Positions 10,044 to 18,638 of a stretch of 64,000 nucleotides of DNA are shown here, in pieces. Position 1 is the stretch's first letter, and every line of letters starts with the position of its first letter. The notes under the pieces are model-generated. The model was given only the letters and a program-made list of their open reading frames with translations. It was not told the origin of the DNA and made no database searches. The DNA comes from Candidatus Krumholzibacteriia bacterium (GTDB lineage: Bacteria; Krumholzibacteriota; Krumholzibacteriia; JAJRXK01), in contig JBGPIA010000011.1 in NCBI GenBank assembly GCA_041484665.1, positions 1 through 64,000 of the forward strand. The letters run 5' to 3'. A program made the position numbers and the translations under genes.

Positions 10044-10359
10044 GCGGCAGGCCTCCTGGGAGCGCGATCGGGTAAGGATCGGGTGGGGCGAGAATCCAGG
10101 CGGGCAGCATACCAGAAGGGGACAGCGCCCCCCAGATCCAAGACCGTCTCGAGGACCGGCTCTACATGCGATGTGCGCTGGTGCGCCCGAGTCTCACTGA
10201 GGCAGACGCGAGCCGTGCGCCTGGGCGCCTTGACCCGCCGGCGCGGGCGCGCGTAGCTTGCGTCGACCCCCGAGCGATCGCCGCCGCGCCTTCATTCAGG
10301 TCACCGCTGGCGGAACCGGCCGCCGCGCCTGTCCGTCCCCAGGGCCGAGACCGACCGCC

Positions 10360-11901
10360 ATGAGCCACATCCACAACGCAGCGTCCAGAGAGCCGGACGG
10401 CGGAGCGCGCCCGTCGACGCCGGCCCTCGTGGCGCGGCTGGCGCTGGTGCTCGCGCTCACGCTCGCACTCACGACGCTCGGCTGCGGCAAGGACAAGCAC
10501 ACGCCGGAGCGCAGCAGCTCCGCGGCGGGGCCCCCGACCACGCCGCCGCAACCCGGGTCGGCCCCCGCAGCGACGTCTGGGCCGGCGCCCGCCCAAGTCC
10601 CCGCCGGTTCGCCTGCGCCGCAGTCCCCGCCCCCCGGCGAGAGCTCGCATGTGGGCATCGCGTTGTCCCTGCTGCGCGGCGGGCAGGTCGACGCCGGGCT
10701 CGACGAGTTGCGCAAGGCTCCCCCCGCGGAGCACGGAGCGGCGACGAGCCCCTTCTGGGTGCCGGAGGTCGCGCAGATCCTTGCCGGCCAGCGCCGTCTG
10801 ACCACGGCGGACTCGCTGCTGCGTGCCTATCCGAAGGCGGTCACGGACAACGCGGGTCTGGAAGTGCTGGCCGCGAGGCTGGCGAGCACGCTGGGGCGTC
10901 CCGACGAGGCAGCCGAGCGCTTCCGGGAGGCGATGTCCGATTCCCGGGTGCTGGTCGACGCCGCGACGGACCTGGCGCGCCTGGAGTTCGAGCGCAAGCA
11001 CTTCGCCGATGCGGCCGATGCGGCGCAGCAGGCGCTGGCGCACCAGCCGACCAACCAGGCGGCGCGCCTCCTGCTGCTGCAGGCGCTGCTGAAGGGCGGC
11101 CGCGCAACGGAGGCGCTGAGCGCGGCGGCGGCGCTGCCGCCGGGCGCGGCACGCCTGCGCTTCGAGGGAGAAGCGTTGCTGGGAATGGGACAGGCCGACT
11201 CGGCGGCCGCACGCCTGCGCCGGGCCGTGAAACGGCAACCGGGCTCCGACACCGCGCAGTATGCCCTGGGCCAAGCCGAGCTGGCCTGCGGCCAGTCAGC
11301 GGCGGCCGCGCGCGTACTGCGGCCGCTCGCCGCCCGCCCGCACGCCTTCGAGGACTCCCAGCAGCTCTTGGCTGATGCGTACGCGAAGCTCGGGCGCGGG
11401 GCGGTCGCCGACAGCCTGCGCGCGGCGCACGTCTTGACCATCAAGCACCGCGAGGCGCTGGCATTGCGGGAGGAGGGGCTGGTGCGCAGCGGTGTGGGCG
11501 ACCTGCAGGGCGCCTTCGACCTCTTTCAGCGGGCGCGCGCACAGGATCCCTCGATCTCCGACCTGTTCAACGATCTCGGCGCCGTGCTGGCGCGCATGGG
11601 GCGCTACCCGCAAGCCGAGCAGGAGCTGCTGCAGGCGGCGCAGGTGTCGCCCGACGATCCCACCGCGCAGCGCAACCTGGCCAACCTCTACAACCTAACC
11701 GGCGACGCGCAGAAGCGCGACGAGGCGCTCAAACGATGGGAGGATCTGACCCACGCGGCGCAGGAGCGCGTAGCTGCACAGCGTGCGGCCGAGCAGCGTG
11801 CGGCCGAGCAACGAGCCGGTTCACAGCGCTCGGCGGGCAAACGTCCGGCCACGCCGACGCCAGCGCCGGTGAAGAAGGGCCAGGGGTCCGCTCCAAAGTA
11901 G
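10360..11901 (+). CDS. Tetratricopeptide-repeat lipoprotein
   Basis: Lipobox TLGC, Pro-rich linker and TPR helices (FNDLGAVLARMGRYPQAEQ). Upstream TTGACC-N18-TAGCTT. Confidence 0.75.
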   Translation: MSHIHNAASREPDGGARPSTPALVARLALVLALTLALTTLGCGKDKHTPERSSSAAGPPTTPPQPGSAPAATSGPAPAQVPAGSPAPQSPPPGESSHVGIALSLLRGGQVDAGLDELRKAPPAEHGAATSPFWVPEVAQILAGQRRLTTADSLLRAYPKAVTDNAGLEVLAARLASTLGRPDEAAERFREAMSDSRVLVDAATDLARLEFERKHFADAADAAQQALAHQPTNQAARLLLLQALLKGGRATEALSAAAALPPGAARLRFEGEALLGMGQADSAAARLRRAVKRQPGSDTAQYALGQAELACGQSAAAARVLRPLAARPHAFEDSQQLLADAYAKLGRGAVADSLRAAHVLTIKHREALALREEGLVRSGVGDLQGAFDLFQRARAQDPSISDLFNDLGAVLARMGRYPQAEQELLQAAQVSPDDPTAQRNLANLYNLTGDAQKRDEALKRWEDLTHAAQERVAAQRAAEQRAAEQRAGSQRSAGKRPATPTPAPVKKGQGSAPK

Positions 11902-11972
11902 CCGAGACAGCGGACCCGGGCTTCCGGCGGACCCTGGCCCACGACACGCCCGGCGCGGCGCCGGCAGGCTCC

Positions 11973-12449
11973 TCAGCCCTCCAGCGACGCCCGCAGGAAC
12001 CAGCTGAACTTCTCGAACTCCGTGACGATCAAGGTCAGCATGTCCTCGGTGTCGGTGTCGGCATGCTTCTCCGCCACCGCGCGCGACTCCCGCAGACGCG
12101 CGAGGTACAGCTCGAAGCGATCGGCCAGCAGCTTCACGTGCTCGATGTCGCGCGTGGTGCTCTGCGGGTAGTCGGGGATGCCCGAGTTCTTCGCGCTGTG
12201 GCGCACCGTTCCGTACGCCAGCGCTCCGAGGGTCACCGCCCGCTCGGCGATCGTGTCATTGTGGTTGGCCAGCGCTACGGCGAAGGCCTCGAACTGCGGG
12301 TGCAGCGCCGCGAAGTGCGGACCCTTGACGTTCCAGTGGGCGACCTTGATCTGGCTGTGCAGATCGATGCCGTCGGCCAGGCGCGCATTGAGGGTGTCGG
12401 CGATCCGCGCACGCGCGTCCTCGGAGAGCTTGCTGGGGGTTGCGAACAT
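11973..12449 (-). CDS. dps: DNA starvation/stationary-phase protection protein Dps
   Basis: KVAHWNVKGPHFAALH..FE and DTIAER motifs. Strong GGAGGAGG RBS. Confidence 0.95.
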   Translation of the reverse strand: MFATPSKLSEDARARIADTLNARLADGIDLHSQIKVAHWNVKGPHFAALHPQFEAFAVALANHNDTIAERAVTLGALAYGTVRHSAKNSGIPDYPQSTTRDIEHVKLLADRFELYLARLRESRAVAEKHADTDTEDMLTLIVTEFEKFSWFLRASLEG

Positions 12450-12588
12450 CGTCTTCCTCCTCCTTGTCTGAGAGCGGCCCCGCCGGGGCGGCGAAGCCGG
12501 TTGTCCTTGATCCGGTTGTCCCTCGCTGCGGCAACGGTGAGCGCGGAGGCCTGCCGGAGGCGCCCGCGACGGCTCGCGCCGCCGATGT

Positions 12589-13131
12589 CTACGTGGGTCG
12601 CCCGCGCGGGCGGCGGCTGCGCTTGCTGCGCGCGCCCGGCGCGGACGCGCCGCCCGGCTTCGGCCGGCTTACGCCCCGCGCGCCGCGTCCGCCGGACGCG
12701 CCGACCGTCCCGGATGCTCCGTCCGCTCCTGACGGCTCGCGTCGGCGGCCGCGCAGCACCACCTGGTACTCGTGCACCTCGAACTCGCGCAGCGAGTCCA
12801 GATCGTGGACCCGCAGCGCATCCCAGGGGATGTCGTGGATCGTGCCGGTCACCTCGTCGATGAAATGATGATGGGGCGTGACGATGGGGTCGAACACGAC
12901 GTTGCCTTCGGCCAGGACGTGCTGGCGCAGCAACCCCTTCGCCACCAGCAGATTCAGCGTGTTGTAGACCGTAGCGCGCGACAGCACGCGCAGCTTGCGC
13001 CGCGCGCGCGTCCACACCTGATCGGCCGACGGGTGGTCGCTGGATCCCAGCGCCACCTCGGCCACCGCCAGCCGCTGCGCCGATGGCTGGATGCCGGCCT
13101 CCCGCAGCGTGTCTAGTAGAGGGGGCTTCAT
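12589..13131 (-). CDS. Fur-family regulator (Cys-less PerR/Irr-like) with a basic C-terminal tail
   Basis: QRLAV, DHPSADQV, SRATVYNTLNLL and HHHFIDEVTG.IHDIP motifs. No CxxC. Confidence 0.88.
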   Translation of the reverse strand: MKPPLLDTLREAGIQPSAQRLAVAEVALGSSDHPSADQVWTRARRKLRVLSRATVYNTLNLLVAKGLLRQHVLAEGNVVFDPIVTPHHHFIDEVTGTIHDIPWDALRVHDLDSLREFEVHEYQVVLRGRRREPSGADGASGTVGASGGRGARGVSRPKPGGASAPGARSKRSRRPRGRPT

Positions 13132-13167
13132 GGCATTTAGACTATGTCTAGACTTCGACATTGTCAA
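13132..13167 (-). promoter_or_regulatory. Leaderless sigma70 promoter overlapped by the palindrome TAGAC-N3-GTCTA (putative autorepression operator)
   Basis: TTGACA (13167-13162), 17 nt, TAGTCT (13144-13139), 7 nt, ATG 13131. Plus strand TTTAGACTATGTCTAGA at 13136-13152. Confidence 0.75.
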
Positions 13168-13189
13168 GGGCGCGTCCGGAGCCCGGACC

Positions 13190-13969
13190 TTACGCGCCCA
13201 CGCGCCCCTCGCGCTCGATCCTCCCCAAGAGCCTCAGGATCCCGTCGAGAATGGTCACGGGATGGGGAGGGCAGCCCGGAACGTAGAGGTCGATGGGGAG
13301 GACCGAGCCCGCGCCGTTGCGGACCTCCGGGTGATCCATGAACGGGCCGCCTGCGATCGCGCACGCGCCGACGGCGATCACCAGGCGCGGCGGTGCCACC
13401 GCCGCGTACGTCTTCTCGAGCGCGAGCCTCATGTTCTGCGTGACCGGTCCAGTGATGAGCAGCCCGTCCGCGTGCCGTGGCGACGCGACGAAACGGATCC
13501 CGAATCGCCCCAGATCGAAAACAACCGTGCTAAGGACATTCACCTCCGCCTCACACCCGTTGCATCCACCTGCGCTCACCTGGCGCAGCGAGAGCGAGCG
13601 CCCGAAGAGCCGCCGGCTTTGCGCGTCGAGCGCCCCCGCCAGCTGCAGACGGTCGCCTGTGACAAGCAGATCGTCGCGCGTGCGCGTGGCGAGCCGATAG
13701 TCCTGGGTGTAGCGGAGCGCGCCTTGCGGGCATGCCTCCACGCAGTCGACGCAGAATAGACAGCGGCCGAGATCGAGTCGTGGCCCCGCTGCGCCGATCG
13801 CGATAGCGTCCGTCGGACACGCGTCCGCGCAGGCGCGGCATCCGTTCGGACACTTCGTCGCGTCGAGGACCGGCCGGCCGCGGAATCGGTCGGGGAGTGC
13901 GGGCTCGCCCTTGGGGTAGCGGATCGTCCGGTGCCCCTGGCGCAGCCGCGCTGCGAAAGCCTTCAGCAT
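13190..13969 (-). CDS. Ehr small subunit: 2[4Fe-4S] ferredoxin fused to a NuoB/HyfI-like domain
   Basis: CPNGCRACADACP, CLFCVDCVEACP, GGCNGCEAE, ASPRHAD, GACA and PGCPP motifs. Confidence 0.9.
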   Translation of the reverse strand: MLKAFAARLRQGHRTIRYPKGEPALPDRFRGRPVLDATKCPNGCRACADACPTDAIAIGAAGPRLDLGRCLFCVDCVEACPQGALRYTQDYRLATRTRDDLLVTGDRLQLAGALDAQSRRLFGRSLSLRQVSAGGCNGCEAEVNVLSTVVFDLGRFGIRFVASPRHADGLLITGPVTQNMRLALEKTYAAVAPPRLVIAVGACAIAGGPFMDHPEVRNGAGSVLPIDLYVPGCPPHPVTILDGILRLLGRIEREGRVGA

Positions 13970-13985
13970 CGCGTCACCGGTCCCC

Positions 13986-15572
13986 CTACAGATCGTGTCC
14001 GCAGTAGGAGAGGTTGAAGCTCTTGTTGCACAGCGGAAAATCTGAGATGGGCTGTCCGCGCATTGCGAGCGCGAGGCCAGCCCAGTTGTGGAACGACGGG
14101 TCCACGACCTTGTAATCCTGGAATGCGCCGCGCCCGTCGGTCGTCGCCACGTGGCAGATCTCGCCACGCCAGCCCTCCACGAGAGAAACAGCAGTCCGGC
14201 CCACACCGAGCGGGCCGAGCTGCGCGCGGACGGGTCCATTTGGCAGCGTTGCGAGCTGCTCGCGCACGAACGCCGCCGACCGCTGGATCTCCAGCCAGCG
14301 GACGAATGCCCGCGCGAAGACGTCGCCCGTGTGCCAGGAAGCGAGCGGGACCTGCGCGAAGCGCCAGATGCCCGACGGGAACTCGTGGCGCACATCGCGC
14401 TCGAGGCCGCAGGCGCGGGCCGCCGGACCGACGAGCCCCAGCTCCGCAGCCGCGTCGCGCGCGAGCACGCCGGTCTCCTCGAATCGCGCTTGCACCGATG
14501 ACGTGTCCCATAGGAGGCCGACCGCGGAGGTGACATCGGCGAGCGTGCGCTCGAGTGCCAGGGCGATTTGCTCTACGCGCGTCGCATCGACGTCGAACGC
14601 GACACCTCCGGGCCGGATCCAGCCGCGTCCGAAGCGGCTGCCGCAGGCGAGCGCTGTCAGGTTGAGGAACTCCCCGCGCAGCCGCCCGCAGAACGCGGCG
14701 GTGGGCAGGTAGCCCACGTCGCCGGCCAGCGCTCCGAGGTCGCCGGTGTGGTTCGCCAGGCGCTCCAGCTCGAGCGCCACGCCGCGCAGCGCCTGGGCAC
14801 GGGCCGGCACGCGGCAGCCCGCGAGCGCCTCGACCGCCTCGCAGTACGCCGTGGCGTGCCCGATCGTCGTGTCGCCCGCCAGCGTCTCCATGAGGTGGAT
14901 CGTGCGCTTGGTCGGCCCCCCGGGCAGCGCCCGCTCGACGCCACGGTGCTGGTAGCCAAGCGAGATCTCCAGGTGCAACACCCGCTCCCCGTGGCACTGG
15001 AAGCGGAAGTGCCCGGGCTCGATCACCCCGGCGTGGACGGGGCCCACGGCCACCTCGTGGACCTCGTCGCCTCGCACCTCGAATTGCGTGGTGACGCCGG
15101 GCAGCGGCTGCCCCGCCGCCCTGCCCATCGCCGCCCGCGACGCCGCGAGGAAGCGGACCGGCTTGAGCCAGGGGTGCCCCTCCGGCACCACGCCCCACCG
15201 CTCCGCGATCTCGCGCTCGAACCGGTGCACCTGCGGGCAATCGGGCGTGAGCGCCGGGTACGCGCCCTCGACCGCGCACGACCCGAGACCGAGCGAGCCC
15301 GTGCCGCCGTTTGCCACAACCACGAGCAGCACGAGCGGGCCTCGCTCGCTTGCGTCCGACGCCGTACCAATGCGGGGCCGCGCGAACAGCGCCGCGACCC
15401 GCCCGCCCGCGCGCGCCGCCCCATGGACGGCTTGCCGGAAGTCCGCGACCGAAAGCCGCGGGATTGCCACCGCGGGCACGGCCTCGCCGTTGTGGACCGT
15501 GAGGAAGCTCGCAAAGCCGCGGGCGGCGAAGCCCTCGTCGCCGAGGGATCTCGATCCGGAGTTGTCTGCCAT
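13986..15572 (-). CDS. Ehr large subunit (HyfG/NuoCD-like) lacking the NiFe-binding CxxC motifs
   Basis: ERE, GHPWLKPVR, VGPVHAGVIEPGHFRF, GYQHRGVE and EGWRGE motifs. L1 site reads ETLAGDTTIGH and L2 site reads NKSFNLSYCGHDL. Confidence 0.9.
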   Translation of the reverse strand: MADNSGSRSLGDEGFAARGFASFLTVHNGEAVPAVAIPRLSVADFRQAVHGAARAGGRVAALFARPRIGTASDASERGPLVLLVVVANGGTGSLGLGSCAVEGAYPALTPDCPQVHRFEREIAERWGVVPEGHPWLKPVRFLAASRAAMGRAAGQPLPGVTTQFEVRGDEVHEVAVGPVHAGVIEPGHFRFQCHGERVLHLEISLGYQHRGVERALPGGPTKRTIHLMETLAGDTTIGHATAYCEAVEALAGCRVPARAQALRGVALELERLANHTGDLGALAGDVGYLPTAAFCGRLRGEFLNLTALACGSRFGRGWIRPGGVAFDVDATRVEQIALALERTLADVTSAVGLLWDTSSVQARFEETGVLARDAAAELGLVGPAARACGLERDVRHEFPSGIWRFAQVPLASWHTGDVFARAFVRWLEIQRSAAFVREQLATLPNGPVRAQLGPLGVGRTAVSLVEGWRGEICHVATTDGRGAFQDYKVVDPSFHNWAGLALAMRGQPISDFPLCNKSFNLSYCGHDL

Positions 15573-17071
15573 CACTTGAGTCCGATCGCGCGCGAGGCGG
15601 CCAGGATCGCGTCGCGCAGCGCAGGCGGAACGTAGAGCCCCAGCAGCAGCACGAGTACCCCAAGCGCCGCGGGCGGCGCGATGGCGAGCAGGGCCTCGCG
15701 CCGGACCGGTCGCGCCGGCCCAGGCGCCCCGCCGCCTTGCGTCATGCGCAGGAACGCTCCCGCCATCCCTACGAATGCCACTGCGAGCATCACGAGGTAC
15801 GCGGCGGCCACGCCGGCGCGCCCGCCGTCGATCGCCGCCTTGAGGATGGTGAACTCGCTGAGGAAGGGCCCGAACGGCGGCGACCCCGTGATCGCCAGGA
15901 ATCCGGCGAACCACAGCACGCCCGACAGGGGTAGCACGCGCACCAGGCCACGCACATCGGTGGTCGACTTCGAGTTGTAGGCGGCGAGGATGTTTCCCGA
16001 GAGCAAGAACAGCATTCCCTTGGTGAGCGAGTGGTTCACGGCGTGCAGTAGCGCACCAAACCCGCCAGCCCCGCCCAATCCGACCCCCAGTGCCAGGATT
16101 CCCATGTGCTCGACGCTCGAGTAGGCGAGCATCCGCTTGTAGTCCGGCTGCCCGATGAGGAACACCGCCGCGATCCCCATCGAGATGAGCCCGAACCCCA
16201 CGAGCAGGTCCTGGCAGAACGCCGCCTGCCCCGCGGCCGCGCAGACCTGCAGCGCCCGCAGGATCCCCAGCGCGGCACAATTGAGCAGTGCGCCCGACAA
16301 GAGCGCGGACACGACCGAGGGCGCCTCGCTGTGCGCGTCGGGCAGCCACGTGTGCAAGGGTGCGAGCCCCATCTTCGTCCCATAGCCAACCAACAGGAAC
16401 AGGAACGCGGCCTTGAGCCATTGCGTCTGCAGCGACCCGGCGCGCGCGAGCAGATCGCCGATCACCAGCGGCACGCGCGCGGCGGCTGCTCCCTCGCCGG
16501 CTAGTCCCGTGCCCGCGACCGCGAGGAAGAAGTTCCCCAACAGCGACAGCGCAATGCCGACCGAGCAGATCATCAAGTACTTCCACGTCGCTTCCAGCGA
16601 GCGATGGTGCCGGTGGAAGTAGATCAGCGGGGCGCTGGCCAGGGTCGTCGCCTCGATGGCGACCCATAGAATCCCCAGATGCTGGCTCGCGGTGACCAGC
16701 GACATCGTTGCGAGGAACAGCAACAGGCAGCCGGTGAAGATGGCCTCGGGCGCGTTCGAGAAGAAGACGCCTTCCTGGAAATCGGGCCGGGAGCCGCGCG
16801 CTTCGCGGCGCAGATACCCGACGGCGTAGACCGCCGCCACGAGGAACAGCGCGCTGGTGATCGACAGGAAGAGCAGCCCCAGCGCGTCGAGGAAGAGCCA
16901 CCCACCCAAGGCAGGCGCCGGCCGTCGCATCCACGCCGCAAGGGTCAAGGCTGCGTGCAGGACCGCCGTGGCGACCAGCAGCGCGCGCCGTACCGCATCG
17001 CTGCGGATCGCGAACGCGGCCGCTCCCGCCGCCGCCGGAATCAGCACGAGCGCGAGGACCAGCACGATCAC
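15572..17071 (-). CDS. hyfF: HyfF-like antiporter-type (NuoL/M/N family) membrane subunit
   Basis: GTG start overlaps the hyfE stop. WVAIEATTLASAPL, EATWKY, GTKMGLAPLHTWLPDAHSEAPS and KRMLAYSSVEH motifs. Confidence 0.88.
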   Translation of the reverse strand: MIVLVLALVLIPAAAGAAAFAIRSDAVRRALLVATAVLHAALTLAAWMRRPAPALGGWLFLDALGLLFLSITSALFLVAAVYAVGYLRREARGSRPDFQEGVFFSNAPEAIFTGCLLLFLATMSLVTASQHLGILWVAIEATTLASAPLIYFHRHHRSLEATWKYLMICSVGIALSLLGNFFLAVAGTGLAGEGAAAARVPLVIGDLLARAGSLQTQWLKAAFLFLLVGYGTKMGLAPLHTWLPDAHSEAPSVVSALLSGALLNCAALGILRALQVCAAAGQAAFCQDLLVGFGLISMGIAAVFLIGQPDYKRMLAYSSVEHMGILALGVGLGGAGGFGALLHAVNHSLTKGMLFLLSGNILAAYNSKSTTDVRGLVRVLPLSGVLWFAGFLAITGSPPFGPFLSEFTILKAAIDGGRAGVAAAYLVMLAVAFVGMAGAFLRMTQGGGAPGPARPVRREALLAIAPPAALGVLVLLLGLYVPPALRDAILAASRAIGLK

Positions 17072-17712
17072 TCCTTGAGATCGGCCAGCCGGTCGGTCTC
17101 GATGTGGTCGAACTGGCGGCTGATGTGGAAGATCGTGATGCCCATGACGAACACCGCGACGAACACGTCCAGCAGCACGCCCAGCTCGACCAGGAGCGGT
17201 GCCTCCTGCACTCCGGCCGCGCCGAACACGTAGATCCCGTTCTCGAGTACCAGGTAGCCCACCACCTGCATGAGGGCGGTCTTGCGGCTCACCATCAGGA
17301 AAAGCCCGCACAGGATCGTGAAGAGCGCGGCCGGCACGACCAAGGGGGAGATCACTCCGCCCGGGAGCGGCAGCCGCGCCCCCAGCCACAGCGATACGCC
17401 CATCGCGACGGTCCCCGCGACGATCGACGCCTGGTAGCCGACGAACGGCCGCGGCTCGCGGCGCACGTTTGCCTCCCGTCGCGCCCGGAACAGCAGCCAC
17501 GGGAACAGCAGGCCCTTGAGCCCCATGCCCCCCACCGCGAGGAGGAGCGTGTGAAGCGAGGGCGCCCCGCGATGGGCCACCAGCGCCAACAATCCCAGGA
17601 CGATGCCCTGCGCGGCGACGGCGCGGATACACGTCCGGATGCGGCTCGACCCGAGCAGCATCAGGTTCGTCAGGATGAGCAGCACGAGCGCGGAGTCGAT
17701 CCAGCTAGCCAT
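17068..17712 (-). CDS. hyfE: HyfE-like membrane subunit
   Basis: Hydrophobic. QVVGYLVLENG and VELGVLLDV motifs. Confidence 0.88.
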   Translation of the reverse strand: MASWIDSALVLLILTNLMLLGSSRIRTCIRAVAAQGIVLGLLALVAHRGAPSLHTLLLAVGGMGLKGLLFPWLLFRARREANVRREPRPFVGYQASIVAGTVAMGVSLWLGARLPLPGGVISPLVVPAALFTILCGLFLMVSRKTALMQVVGYLVLENGIYVFGAAGVQEAPLLVELGVLLDVFVAVFVMGITIFHISRQFDHIETDRLADLKE

Positions 17713-17716
17713 GACG

Positions 17717-18634
17717 TCACCAGAGCACGAGCATGAGGGCCAAGGCCGAGAGCGCGCCCGCGCCGACGAGCAGCTGCGGGACCGCCGAGAGCCGCAACCG
17801 CGCCATGGAGGACTCCACGATCCCGGTGATCACGCCCAGCGCCGCCATCCCCGCCAGGAACGCCCCGGCATCGAGCCACGGGCGGCCGGTCCGCACGGGC
17901 ACCAGGATGCCCACGACTAGCGATCCGAGGATCCACAGCTTGAGCGCGGATGCGGTCTCGATTAGCGCGAGGTCGGGGCCGCCGTGGTCGAGCACCATCA
18001 CTTCGTGGACCATCGTGAGCTCCAGGTGCGTGGTGGGGTCGTCAAAGGGGATGCGCGCGTTCTCCGCGAGAAAGACAACCAGCAACGCGGCTGCCACCAG
18101 CGCCAGCACGGGGCCGGCGCTCGCCCAGGCGCCTCCCGTGATCGTCCCGAGCATCCCGGACAGCGAGAGGCTGCCCGTCTCGCGGGCGATCGCCGCGAGC
18201 CCCAACAGCAGGGCCGGCTCGGCCAGCGCCGCGAATTGCACCTCGCGGCTCGCCCCCATCCCCTCGAAGCTCGATCCGGTGTCGAGGGCGGCGAGCACCG
18301 TGGCGAACCGCGCGAGCCCCAGCAGGTACGCGAACAGCACGAGGTCGCCGGAGAACGCCAGCGACGCGGGGCCGCCCGCGACCGGGACGAGCGCCATGGC
18401 CGCGAGCAGCGCTGCCAGACCCACCACCGGCCCGGCCCGGAACACCCACGTCGTCGTGCGGCTGTAGACGGTGCCCTTGCGGAACAGTTTCGCCAGGTCG
18501 TGGTAGCGCTGGAGCAGCGGCTGGCCGGTCCGGCCGGCGAAGAATGCCTTTGTCCGGTTGACGATGCCGGCAAGCAGCGGTGCGAGCAGCAGCGCCGCCG
18601 GCAACGACAGGAACGAGACCGCGTGCACGCTCAC
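17717..18634 (-). CDS. hyfC: HyfC/NuoH-like membrane subunit
   Basis: GRTGQPLLQRYHDLAKLFRK, ALDTGSSFEGMGASRE and ENARIPFDDPTTHLELTMVHE motifs. Confidence 0.9.
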   Translation of the reverse strand: MSVHAVSFLSLPAALLLAPLLAGIVNRTKAFFAGRTGQPLLQRYHDLAKLFRKGTVYSRTTTWVFRAGPVVGLAALLAAMALVPVAGGPASLAFSGDLVLFAYLLGLARFATVLAALDTGSSFEGMGASREVQFAALAEPALLLGLAAIARETGSLSLSGMLGTITGGAWASAGPVLALVAAALLVVFLAENARIPFDDPTTHLELTMVHEVMVLDHGGPDLALIETASALKLWILGSLVVGILVPVRTGRPWLDAGAFLAGMAALGVITGIVESSMARLRLSAVPQLLVGAGALSALALMLVLW

Positions 18635-18638
18635 GGCG

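Noticed and set aside
8439..10256. Long antisense or alternate-frame ORFs (also 45818..47926, 37364..39001, 58876..60597, 31343..33766)
   Set aside because: They are shadow ORFs of recognisable genes, expected at this GC content, and carry no motifs.
13986..15572. Functional [NiFe] hydrogenase-4
   Set aside because: Both Ni-binding CxxC motifs are absent and there are no maturation genes in the window, so it is called Ehr instead.
15573..16934. N-terminal extension of the 982-aa ORF (likewise the extensions of ORFs 13190..14536, 15572..17632 and 43561..45000)
   Set aside because: These are stop-free GC-rich readthroughs, mostly overlapping real genes in other frames. Starts were reassigned.
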